From Amoebidium appalachense (lineage: Eukaryota > Protista > Ichthyosporea), in assembly GCA_963693365.1 (NCBI GenBank), contig CAVNZM010000013.1:6190640-6254639 (forward strand): DNA of 64,000 nucleotides, read 5' to 3'. The notes beneath the pieces were generated by a model, which was given only the letters and a program-made list of their open reading frames with translations, had not been told where the DNA came from and did no database searches. How positions within the stretch are numbered: position 1 is the stretch's first letter; each line of letters begins with the position of its first letter. The translations under genes and the position numbers were made by a program. Shown here piece after piece: positions 54,971 through 64,000 of this stretch.

Positions 54971-56708
54971 GCGTTGGTACGGGGAGGAACCCCTCGCACA
55001 GCCCCTGCCCGCAGACGTCGATGTGCACACGCTGAGAACTGCCGAACAGCCCGTAGGACGCCTGGGCCGTGGGAAGGCATACACGCAGGACATCCGCGAT
55101 GCCATCCTGCTTGCGCACCTGCGGGACGAGAGGCTCACGGACACCGCACAGAGGCTCAAGGTCAGCACGCAGACCGTGCGGCGGGTAATAGCACGTGCCC
55201 TCAAGCACGGCGAGTTCAGCAGCCGGCACGGCACCAACCTCGCAAGGGCCCATGAGAAATCCACCAAGCTGACGGACACACAGAAGATCGTGCTCTACGA
55301 GCTCACGACCAAGGTACCCAACCTGACCAGCGAGAAGCTCATGGCCGCCTACAACGCACTGCCTGGCCTGCCCGAATCCGAGCGCATGAACGTGTCGGTG
55401 TCCACGCTCAACAAGTGGCGCAAGCGGCTTGGGCTGACGTACCGCCGTGGGGAGGGCGACCCGACAAACACCTTTGTAAGGTCCGTGGCTGCCGCCACCC
55501 AGTACTTTGAGGTCGAGCGCTTGCCACACCTGCAGGACAACCGCCAGAATCTGCTTTTCATCGACGAGGCCTCCGTGTACCTGGATGAGACCCCTGGCCG
55601 CGTGTGGGGGCACCGCGGCTCGCATCACAAAACCCCCAAGCCCAAGCTGCGCGGCATCGGCACAAAGCTGCTGATTTCCGTGGGGTTCCCCAAGGCGGAC
55701 AACGATGGAAACATGCGGGCCGTGGTCAACTACCTGATTCTCAGTCCTCGGCCGTCCGACGACCCGCTGTTCAACTACCGGCCTCTCGCCCCCCACGGCC
55801 GCGAGCCCCAAGCCGAGCTTTCCAACGAAAGCCTGGTGCCTGACGAGCTTGACGGTCGTGCGTTCTACGTGTTCTTGGAGTACGTCCTGGGGGCCGACCC
55901 ACGCACGAACGGCGCAATCCTGTGCATGGACAACGCCCCCGTGCACAACACCAAGGAAAACTTGCCGGACATCAGGCAGCTCGCCGTGAGCAAGCATTGG
56001 CGCTTCCAGTGGCTCCCCCCCTACAACTCCAAGTACAACGTCGCCGAGTTGGCCATCGGCTTTGTCAAGCAGCACGTGCGCTCCCACTACCCCAAGACCT
56101 ACTACCACCTTCGCAAGCTGATCCAGGACGGCTGCTCACTGATCGAGCGGAACCCGGACTACATCGTCAACTGGATGAAGAAGTGCGGCTATGGTCTGCC
56201 CATCAACATCACCCGCAACGCCAACATCCGCAAGGACCGCATGGGCTTCTTTGCACCAGAAGGCACCATCTACACTCGCGTTGTCAAGATCACAAACCCC
56301 CAGGACAAACCCCTCAAGTGGCCCGATAACCCGAACTGGCCACGGTCCCAGCTGCGCCGCCTGCGCAACAGCATACTGGAGAACCCCGCGTGCTTTATCA
56401 GCCACGCCGGCGCCCTGTGGCGGCTGACCGAAACGGGACGCACGGCCGTCATCGATGCCCTCAACAGGGGGCACGCCACCACCGACCTGGCGCGTGCGTA
56501 CACGCGCACCGCCCCCCACCGTGACCACCGGAGATCCCCGATGGCAGCTGTTCAGCACGGACCCAAAGGCCTGGCAGCGGAAGGAGCTGGTAGCCACACA
56601 GCGTCCTGCCAAGCAGAAGCCTGTGAAGCCCCAGGCCCCAGCCACCCCTGTGCTTCCAGAGGTCCTCACGTCCAATCCCGCGGCGGTCCTCCAGGCCGCC
56701 CGAGATAG
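54924..56708 (+). CDS. IS630/Tc1-mariner superfamily transposase (HTH plus DDE_3, DD38E)
   Basis: N-terminal GKAYTQDIRDAILL...TAQRLKVSTQTVRRVIAR (HTH) and VSVSTLNKWRKRLGLTYRR (second HTH). Catalytic residues: LLFIDEAS (D, 55563), ILCMDNAPVH (D, 55929) and WLPPYNSKYNVAE (E, 56046), with 38 residues between the second D and the E. Confidence 0.9.
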   Translation: MGGGPRGRPPAAGAGGRWYGEEPLAQPLPADVDVHTLRTAEQPVGRLGRGKAYTQDIRDAILLAHLRDERLTDTAQRLKVSTQTVRRVIARALKHGEFSSRHGTNLARAHEKSTKLTDTQKIVLYELTTKVPNLTSEKLMAAYNALPGLPESERMNVSVSTLNKWRKRLGLTYRRGEGDPTNTFVRSVAAATQYFEVERLPHLQDNRQNLLFIDEASVYLDETPGRVWGHRGSHHKTPKPKLRGIGTKLLISVGFPKADNDGNMRAVVNYLILSPRPSDDPLFNYRPLAPHGREPQAELSNESLVPDELDGRAFYVFLEYVLGADPRTNGAILCMDNAPVHNTKENLPDIRQLAVSKHWRFQWLPPYNSKYNVAELAIGFVKQHVRSHYPKTYYHLRKLIQDGCSLIERNPDYIVNWMKKCGYGLPINITRNANIRKDRMGFFAPEGTIYTRVVKITNPQDKPLKWPDNPNWPRSQLRRLRNSILENPACFISHAGALWRLTETGRTAVIDALNRGHATTDLARAYTRTAPHRDHRRSPMAAVQHGPKGLAAEGAGSHTASCQAEACEAPGPSHPCASRGPHVQSRGGPPGRPR

Positions 56709-57597
56709 GGCGGATAAAGTGCTGGCGGCCCTCAACGAGAAACTGAAGGCCGAACTGCACGAGAGCATGAAAGTCCGCGATGATCTGGACCATCTGCGGA
56801 GCAAAGCGGGCCGCGTGAGTGCTACGGACAACATAAACCCTATGTTTGCGGCCATATACGACAAGCGTGTCAGCACAAGAGCAAAAGAAGCCGCGAAGGA
56901 GAAGGAAAAGGAAAAGGTCCCCGACCCGCCCCAATCTGCGCCCGACCCGAACCAGGCCATCCACCAGCGCGAGTACTTGAACCCTCAGGTCCCTATGGAC
57001 CTGGATTCTTACAACCCCCTGACCCCCGCGAGTTTGGACTCTTACAACCCCATGACCCCCATGAGTTTGGACCCGCCGACGCCTGCACCGCCTCCTCGAT
57101 CTCCCCGGAAGCGTACGCGGTCTGAAGACCAGGATGAGGTCTCCGGCCCGGGCGGTGGGGCCAAGCGGTCGCGCACTGAGCAGCCCCCGGAAGGTCAAAG
57201 CGTTTTGGGTACAGCCTACAGCCAGATGTGGTCTCCAGGGAGAGCTCATCCCGGACCGAGGCGTATCCTGCCACGGCCCGCAATCCCGCTGCAGCCACTG
57301 TCCTTTGTCCCATCCACGAACACGTTGGGTTTGCCCGGGACTCCCTTCCCGCACATGCCATCCCCCGAGCAGCTCCGGTTTAACACACAGGCGCAGGCAA
57401 TTTCCGCCAGGCCCCCGCTGAGCCATGCCTACCTGATACCGCCCCCGCCCTCGCCGTTCCCCAACCCGCAGTCGCAGATGTCCACGCCCGTAAGTCGCTC
57501 TCATGCATTGCCGGATCTATTGCACTTATTTTCCAATCGAACGGCTGCATTCTCATCACACGTTATGGCAAGATCGCTACAAATCATTGGCTACTAA
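56455..57597 (+). CDS. Probable C-terminal extension of the transposase polyprotein: coiled-coil, Pro-rich tail, YNPxTP repeats, bipartite NLS-like motif
   Basis: Protein-like from APPPTVTTGDPRWQ onwards, joining the transposase frame at the C6 run 56512-56517. Contains LAALNEKLKAELHESMKVRDDL, LDSYNPLTPAS-LDSYNPMTPMS-LD and PRKRTRSE...AKRSRTE. Confidence 0.55.
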   Translation: MPSTGGTPPPTWRVRTRAPPPTVTTGDPRWQLFSTDPKAWQRKELVATQRPAKQKPVKPQAPATPVLPEVLTSNPAAVLQAARDRADKVLAALNEKLKAELHESMKVRDDLDHLRSKAGRVSATDNINPMFAAIYDKRVSTRAKEAAKEKEKEKVPDPPQSAPDPNQAIHQREYLNPQVPMDLDSYNPLTPASLDSYNPMTPMSLDPPTPAPPPRSPRKRTRSEDQDEVSGPGGGAKRSRTEQPPEGQSVLGTAYSQMWSPGRAHPGPRRILPRPAIPLQPLSFVPSTNTLGLPGTPFPHMPSPEQLRFNTQAQAISARPPLSHAYLIPPPPSPFPNPQSQMSTPVSRSHALPDLLHLFSNRTAAFSSHVMARSLQIIGY

Positions 57598-57990
57598 CTG
57601 TATAGATCGTAGATCTTTCATGCCGCCCGCAGGCCTAGGGGCCTGGCCGGCCGCCCGGGGTGCGACCGTGCGCTCTGTGCAGCTCAGTGGGGCTGCAGCA
57701 CCCATGCATCTGCAGCACCTGGCCACAGCTGTGGCCAGTCTCCGGCGTCCAAAAGAGTTGTATATGAATGTTTCATAGTGACAGTGCAGGCTCATCTCAA
57801 GCCTTCAAAATTAGTGGAAATGTCTGGCCTACTAGTAGAGGCAAACGGGTTACTATCACAGTCCTGAGTTGCTGTTCAACTCCAATAGTGTTTCAACGTG
57901 TTTACACAACTATCCTTTTTGTTTCACTTTATTAGTAATGTAGGTTCTGTCTAGGCATATCTATTGGCTAACGAGGTAAAATGAGCAGAA

Positions 57991-59321
57991 ATGGACCCAG
58001 AGGAAGAGAAAGTTTATTGTGCTCTGCACTATGCACGGCCAAACTGCACTCAATCATGGGCCGAGCACATTGGTGCCCCGTACGACTACCTGAACGTCAT
58101 GTTTGCCGTGGTGTCTTTGTGCCTCCTCCCTTATGCAATGTTGATGCTCATCCGCATGGTGCGCTATGAGGGGTGCAGTCTCAAGCTCAGCGCACAGCGT
58201 GTGGTTATTCTGCTGCTTGTGCTCACGAATGCTGTGCTTGTGGCGTCGTGTGGTGACTTGTGGGGTTTTCAGAAATGTCTACAATAAAGAGCTTCTGATC
58301 ATCGGAGAAGGTGCCCCCCCCCACTTCCCCCCCTCCCCACCTCCTCCCCCCCCTCCCCCCCCCCCCCCCCCCCCCCCCCCAGTCCCTCCCTCAAACAAAC
58401 AAACCCAGCCAGCCAGCCAGCCAACCTCGGCCCTCACCTCCCCGCGCCCCCTTCTCCCACCCCTCCCCCCGGCCCGCGCAATCCCCTTCCTCACGCCCAC
58501 GTTTTTCACCCTCTTTCCCTCTTTTCTGGGCCTCCTCATGTAGAAAAACAATTCTTCGCATAAATTTATGAGTGTGGACAATCGCTGAGTGAGGCAACGA
58601 TTGAGGAGGTAATGGCCAGGTGAATTTATCAAAGGTGACCGGACACTAAAGCCCTGTGGTTTCTTCAAACTTTAGACAGCAGATCCGTTTTAGATGGTTG
58701 CTTACACACGGTAATGGCTTGCTTTTGTTATGTTGACTCCTGGATCTCATAAGGGATCATAAACAGGTGGAGTTAGAGCCAAGAGCCCTGCATGTCCACG
58801 CGCCCACATCCCTCCCTTTGCATTTCACATGCAAGTCCATTCGTCTTTCTGACCTGTTTATTTTTTTTTTTGCAGGCATTCTGAGTTTTGCCGTGTTCAC
58901 CTCGCTCTATGTTCTTTCTCTGGAATGTGTAGCCCTTTCTGCCCGTCTCTCCTTACCCAGAGGGGATGGCCCACCGGCCAGCATACAGCGCATTCACACA
59001 ACCAGCATCACCCTACTTGTCAGTTTCTGGATCACACAGATTGTACTGCTGGGCGGTGAGATTCATGCCATGCAGCCAGGGGGTCATGTTTGGATCTGGA
59101 AGCTGCTGCGTGCCCTCTTGAGTCTTGCCAATGTTGTCAGTGTGGCCGTGCTCAATCTCCTGCTCATTGCAAGGCTGCTGACCATACTTGGCCCGAAGCA
59201 CACAGCACAGGTGCTTGCCTCCCCCCCCCTCCCCCAACACCTACCCCCCGCCTTGTGTGCTTTATAATCTGCATGGTGTAGCCTGTCAAGAACGTGTATT
59301 CCGTGGTCTGTAACACACTTT

Positions 59322-59355
<34 letters not shown>

Positions 59356-59503
59356 CCCTCCCCCCGTCCTCTCCCTTACAGGCCTACCCCGGTACTTCTC
59401 TTTCCAATTTCCACCGCATCCCCGTACTTTTTTTTGCCGCTTAGCCCCTTTCACCTTTCCAAAATCTTCGTTCCGGAATACCCCCCTCTCCCTCCCCCCC
59501 CCC

Positions 59504-59558
<55 letters not shown>

Positions 59559-60766
59559 CCCTCACCACCACCACCTCCTCCCCCCTTCCTTCCGTGTCCT
59601 TCCCTCATCCCCGCCAAGCCTTCCAACCCGTAGCCGACCTGCCCCGGCAGCCCCATCCACACCCAACATTACCAGATAGATCACACACGACAACTCTATA
59701 TGCTTTCGTTCCCACATGCATGCGCAACAGACTACCAAATACTGACTTTCCAAACACCATATTTTCAGAACACGCTGTCTCCAAGAAACACGAGCACGGG
59801 GACGCAACAGCAACCCGACGTCATACCAAGCATCTCAGGTTCGAGCTCTGTTTCCTTACTTGGAAGTGGGGAGGAGGGTCAGGAGGGACTTTCTCTGTTG
59901 TGGTGGTGGGGAATGATTCAGTTTACCCACGGGCCAGCACCCATTGAATGGAACCCCCCACCCCCACCAACCCCTGTAGGTGCAAGTCAGTCGCAGCAGC
60001 GTGCAAAGACAAATGTCGAGAGTAGAGAGGTGAAGGGCCGGCCGGTATGTACTTGTGTTTTTTGATATGTATATATATAGTGCGTGTGTGTTTCGTGTTT
60101 TGTTTTTGTTTTTGTTTTTTTTTTTGGGGGGGGGGGGGGTCTGTGTGTGTTTGATAGATAGGTTTGTGGTGGGGGGGATCATGGGGGGATGAGGGAGTGA
60201 TGGGGGGGGGGGGAGAGAGGTGGAAAGGGGAAAGGGAAGGGGAGGAGGGGCAGAAGGGACTTGGGCCGGAGGGGGGAGGGGTGAGGGAGGGAATGAAAAA
60301 CAAGGTGGGGTTGAGAAGGAGAGGCAAGCACGCGGGAAGGGGGTTGAGAGGGAGGGGGTTAGGGATGATAATTCGAAGAGTGGTGAGGAGGAGACAACGG
60401 GAGGGGCGGTGAGGGAGGAGGTGGTGGGACGGGGGGAAAGGGGGAGGGGGGGGGGGGGGGGGCTTCCCCTATGGGTGGATGGGTGTGTGTAATTGAGAGG
60501 CTCAACCAGCAACCAAACATGGAGGGAACATGTTGAGCCCAGTCTGCTGCTTTTCACACACACACACACACACCCATAATATCACTCCTCGCTTCCTTCC
60601 CCTTTTTGTTTCCCTCGTGCTGTGTCCCCCCCCCCCCCCCTTCCTTCCCCTTCCTTTTTTACTCCCTCACATTCCATATTCCGTCTCTCTTCCTCCTCTC
60701 TCTTTTCCTCCCCTACGTTTCGTCTTCCATTTAGCTCATTTGCACACACACACATATGCACACACA

Positions 60767-60824
<58 letters not shown>

Positions 60825-61648
60825 CACGTTCTAACACACACCCCTACTTCTTTTTCCCTCCCTTCCCTTTTTCTTTCTCCCTCGCATTCCCTTTCTAACA
60901 CCTCTCTAGAGCTCTCTTTCCCCCCCTCTCCCCCCCCCCCCCTCCTCCCCCTCCCCCCCTTCCCCCACATTCCCTTCTCCACCCCCATATAATTCTTTTT
61001 CCAACAATCTCTCTCCCTCCTACACAGAGGGGGGCTAGTTTGGCGTTTGTTGAAACAGCCAAAGCTGGGCGGTCCGCCGTTCGAGCCATCAAGAACCGCA
61101 TGCAGATCAAGAGACTGGTGGTGTTGGGGGCGATGGTGGGGTGTGGGTCCCTGCTAGCTGGGGCATGGCACATGTACAATGTGGTGTGGATTGCATGGAA
61201 GAGACGCACGGCAGACAGGCCTGACCAGGTGTGTGTGTGTATGGGGTAGGGGGGGGGGGGGGGGGGAAGAGGGGTGGGTGTGTATGGGGGGAGGGGGGGG
61301 GGGGGGGTGTGCTGGTGGTGGTGGTGGTTTGGGGGAGGGAGGGGGGGTGAGGGGGGGGGAGAGGGGGGGGGGGGGGGGGGGGGGGGGGGGATGGGTGGAT
61401 GTGGGGAGAGGGTGGGGGGGGGGGGCAAGGGGAGGGGTTGATGTGTGTGTGCGTGTGTGATGTGTGTGCGTGTGCCTGGGAAAATAGGGGTGCTCAGGGA
61501 AGGGGGGGGGGGGGGGGGGGGGGGGGGAAGGAGGGGTTTTGAAGGAAAGGCACCTGTTGTCACAAAGCATGCAGGTGAATGTGATGCATAAAAGAAGTTT
61601 ATCGTGGCAGAAGCGGTGAGGGGTGGGTTTTTTTTTTTGTTTTTTGTT

Positions 61649-61679
<31 letters not shown>

Positions 61680-62052
61680 GGGGAGGGGGTCATATTCGTC
61701 CTCCTCTCCCCCCACTCCCCCTCCTTCCCCCCTCCCCCCCCCCCCCCCCCCCCCGGCCCCCTTCCCCCGAATGGGTCGAAACTCGGAAACTGTGGTTGAC
61801 TTGCTCCCCCCTGAGGATGGGCTCTACTTATGATGCATACTCTTTGTTCGTGCCCTGCCACTTCTGCCATCTGCTGTCGATCGTAACTGTGCACTTCGGA
61901 CTCTAACGGCCCATTTTCTCCAAATGGTGCTCAAAGTCTAACCCCCCACCTTCCACACACACCCCTCCCCCCCTCCCCCCCCCCCCCCCCTTCCCCCCCC
62001 CTCCCCCCTCCCCCCTCCACCCCTCCACCCCCCATCTCCCCCCCCCCCCCCC

Positions 62053-62084
<32 letters not shown>

Positions 62085-62344
62085 AGGTGCCCACCACATG
62101 GTATGGCCTTGCGGCCGAGTACGTCATCCCGCACGTGGCCTACTGTGCAATTGCCATATTAGGCTATCGGTTCTTCCGCTACCGCGCCTTAAAGCATGGG
62201 GTAGTGTCTGCGCGTGACTTCATCATTTTGGAGCAGCTGGGGGAGGGGCAGTTTGGGACGGTTTATAGGGGCATACTGACGGTGGAGGGGGAGGATGTGG
62301 ATGTGGCTATCAAGCAGGTGGGTGGGTGGGTGGGTGGTGTGTGT

Positions 62345-62412
<68 letters not shown>

Positions 62413-62805
62413 CGCGGACGAGGGGAGGGGAGGGGGGTTGATAAGTTTGGATGGATGTCCGGAATGGGAGGGGGGAGGCGGGGGGGCGGACAGGGGCTCT
62501 AGGTGGAGAGGGGGGGGGAGGGGGAGGATGAGGGAAGTGGAGGGGATGGTGAATGGGTGTGTGTTGCTTGAGGGGATGGGGGTGAGGGAGTAGAATTGGG
62601 TTGGTGTGTGTATTTGTAGGTTTATTTGTAGGGGGAGGAATAGGGGGGTTGGTGGTGGTTGAAGGGAGAGGCTGGAGAGGAGGAGATGGGTGGATGAGTG
62701 TGTGGATGAGTGTTTGTGGCTGTGTTTTGGGGGGGGAAGGGGGGTTAGTGTGTATCATAGCACCAGTAGGTGGTTTTGTGCGATTATTTTTTTTCTTTTT
62801 TTTTT

Positions 62806-62864
<59 letters not shown>

Positions 62865-63251
62865 GGGGGGGAGGGGGGGGCTGGTGTGTATCGGTAGCTG
62901 GCTTCGTGTACGTGTGTGTGTGTGTGTGGAGGGGGGCGGGGGAGGGGGAGGTTAAGGTAGAGAACAGGGTGGAGGAGGGTGGGTTGGGGAGGGAAGGGGG
63001 AGGCCAAGTAGAGGGGCGGGGGAGCGGGGGCCAATCCGGCATGGGATATGTAGGTGACTGTGTTGGTGTGGATTTCAGGTCAAAGACACAAATGCCGGTA
63101 GTGTGGAAGAGAAGGAGTTACTGAGAGAGGCCCAGCTGATGAGAAAGGTCAGCCACGACAACGTGCTGAGGTGGGTCCTTTTGATGTTTTATTATTATTA
63201 TTATTATTATCATTATTATTATTATCATTATTATTATTATTATTATTGTTG

Positions 63252-63322
<71 letters not shown>

Positions 63323-63695
63323 GGTGGGAGGAGAGGGGGGGGGGGGGGGGGGGGGAATGGTTGGGAGGGGATGTGGTTTAATGTTCTTGTAAGCATATCG
63401 CGTCATTAGGGTCACCCCTGCCCGCCTGCACCTGTGCAAATTTTGTTTGTAAGCCCCCCCCCCCCCCCCCCCCCCCCCCCTCCCCCTCCCCGTGTCATAG
63501 TTCGATAAACACTCACTCACTTACCCGCTCACTCCCACTCACATTCGGGCTTACCACTACACTCGCACTCACCCTGACAACTACCCACACACAGACCACA
63601 CACACACAAATACCCCCCCCTCCCCCCCTCCCCCTCCCCCCTCCCCTCCACCTTCCCCCCCCCCCCCCTCCCCCCCCGGGACCTCCCTCACTCAG

Positions 63696-63787
<92 letters not shown>

Positions 63788-64000
63788 CTCACCCTCCTCC
63801 TCCTCTCCTCCCTCCTATCCCCCACCTCTTGACACGTTCTACACCCCCCCCCCCCCCCCACACACACACACACACACACATGCAGGTGCCTAGGCATGTC
63901 CTACGTGGATGGCACCCTCTACGTGTTTATCGAGTACATGGACGGAGGGGACCTACACACCCACCTACACAGGTGCAGGCAGGCAGGGGTTACACTTGGC
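57991..64000 (+). CDS. Seven-transmembrane (GPCR-like) receptor fused to a tyrosine-kinase-like domain; 3' end outside the window; 1-nt frameshift at ~58266-69
   Basis: Exons 57991..58310, 58876..59210, 59769..59838, 59980..60029/60044, 61028..61228, 62087..62317, 63079..63170 and 63886..>64000 are phase-compatible. Seven hydrophobic segments precede LGEGQFGTVYRG, VAIK, ELLREAQLMRKVSHDNVL and LYVFIEYMDGGDL. Confidence 0.85.
63190..63322. repeat. (TAT)n trinucleotide microsatellite, intronic
   Basis: About 130 bp of tandem ATT/TAT with a few CAT/GTT variants. Confidence 0.95.

Larger units (their letters stand above)
52830..57602 (+). mobile_element. Foreign GC-rich intronless island: putative endogenous giant-virus fragment or large cargo-bearing IS630/Tc1-type element
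   Basis: Abrupt loss of microsatellites and introns, high GC and CpG content, wall-to-wall coding on one strand, a 19-nt intergenic gap, a PCNA fragment and a DDE transposase. Confidence 0.75.

Noticed and set aside
53360-57504. Long minus-strand ORFs in the island (e.g. 54822..56108, 56461..57504)
   Set aside because: They are antisense shadows of GC3-rich + strand coding sequence; all recognisable motifs are on the + strand.
53195-57597. Fanzor/TnpB RNA-guided nuclease associated with the IS630-type transposase
   Set aside because: No RuvC-I (DPG), RuvC-II Glu, zinc-finger or RuvC-III (RD.NA) motif series is recognisable in any frame; a profile search would be needed to exclude it fully.

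Overview
Eukaryotic, intron-dense genomic DNA. Almost every intron is filled with (CA)n/(GT)n, (CT)n and long poly-G/poly-C tracts, so most ORFs in the track are repeat artefacts. The gene content and style suggest a unicellular holozoan such as an ichthyosporean (inference). Genes reconstructed by eye from GT-AG exons: (1) the 3' part of separase (+, ending 19786); (2) a long-chain acyl-CoA synthetase (-, 29240..20781); (3) a copper nitrite reductase NirK with a mitochondrial-type N-terminus (+, 31424..34857; one 1-nt frameshift); (4) a weakly supported small gene (-, starting 38719); (5) an ankyrin-repeat/SAM protein (+, 41603..51419); (6) a seven-transmembrane GPCR-like protein fused directly to a tyrosine-kinase-like domain (+, 57991 to beyond the window end). 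Between (5) and (6) lies a compositionally foreign, intron-free, GC-rich island of about 4.8 kb (52830..57600). It carries a PCNA sliding-clamp fragment followed 19 nt later by a chain of overlapping ORFs that read as one ~1,460-aa protein with a central HTH plus DD38E IS630/Tc1-type transposase, an appearance consistent with a giant-virus or giant-transposon relic. Several foldback/MITE-like inverted-repeat elements sit in introns. All identifications come from motif recognition without database searches; homopolymer-associated frameshifts may be long-read errors.
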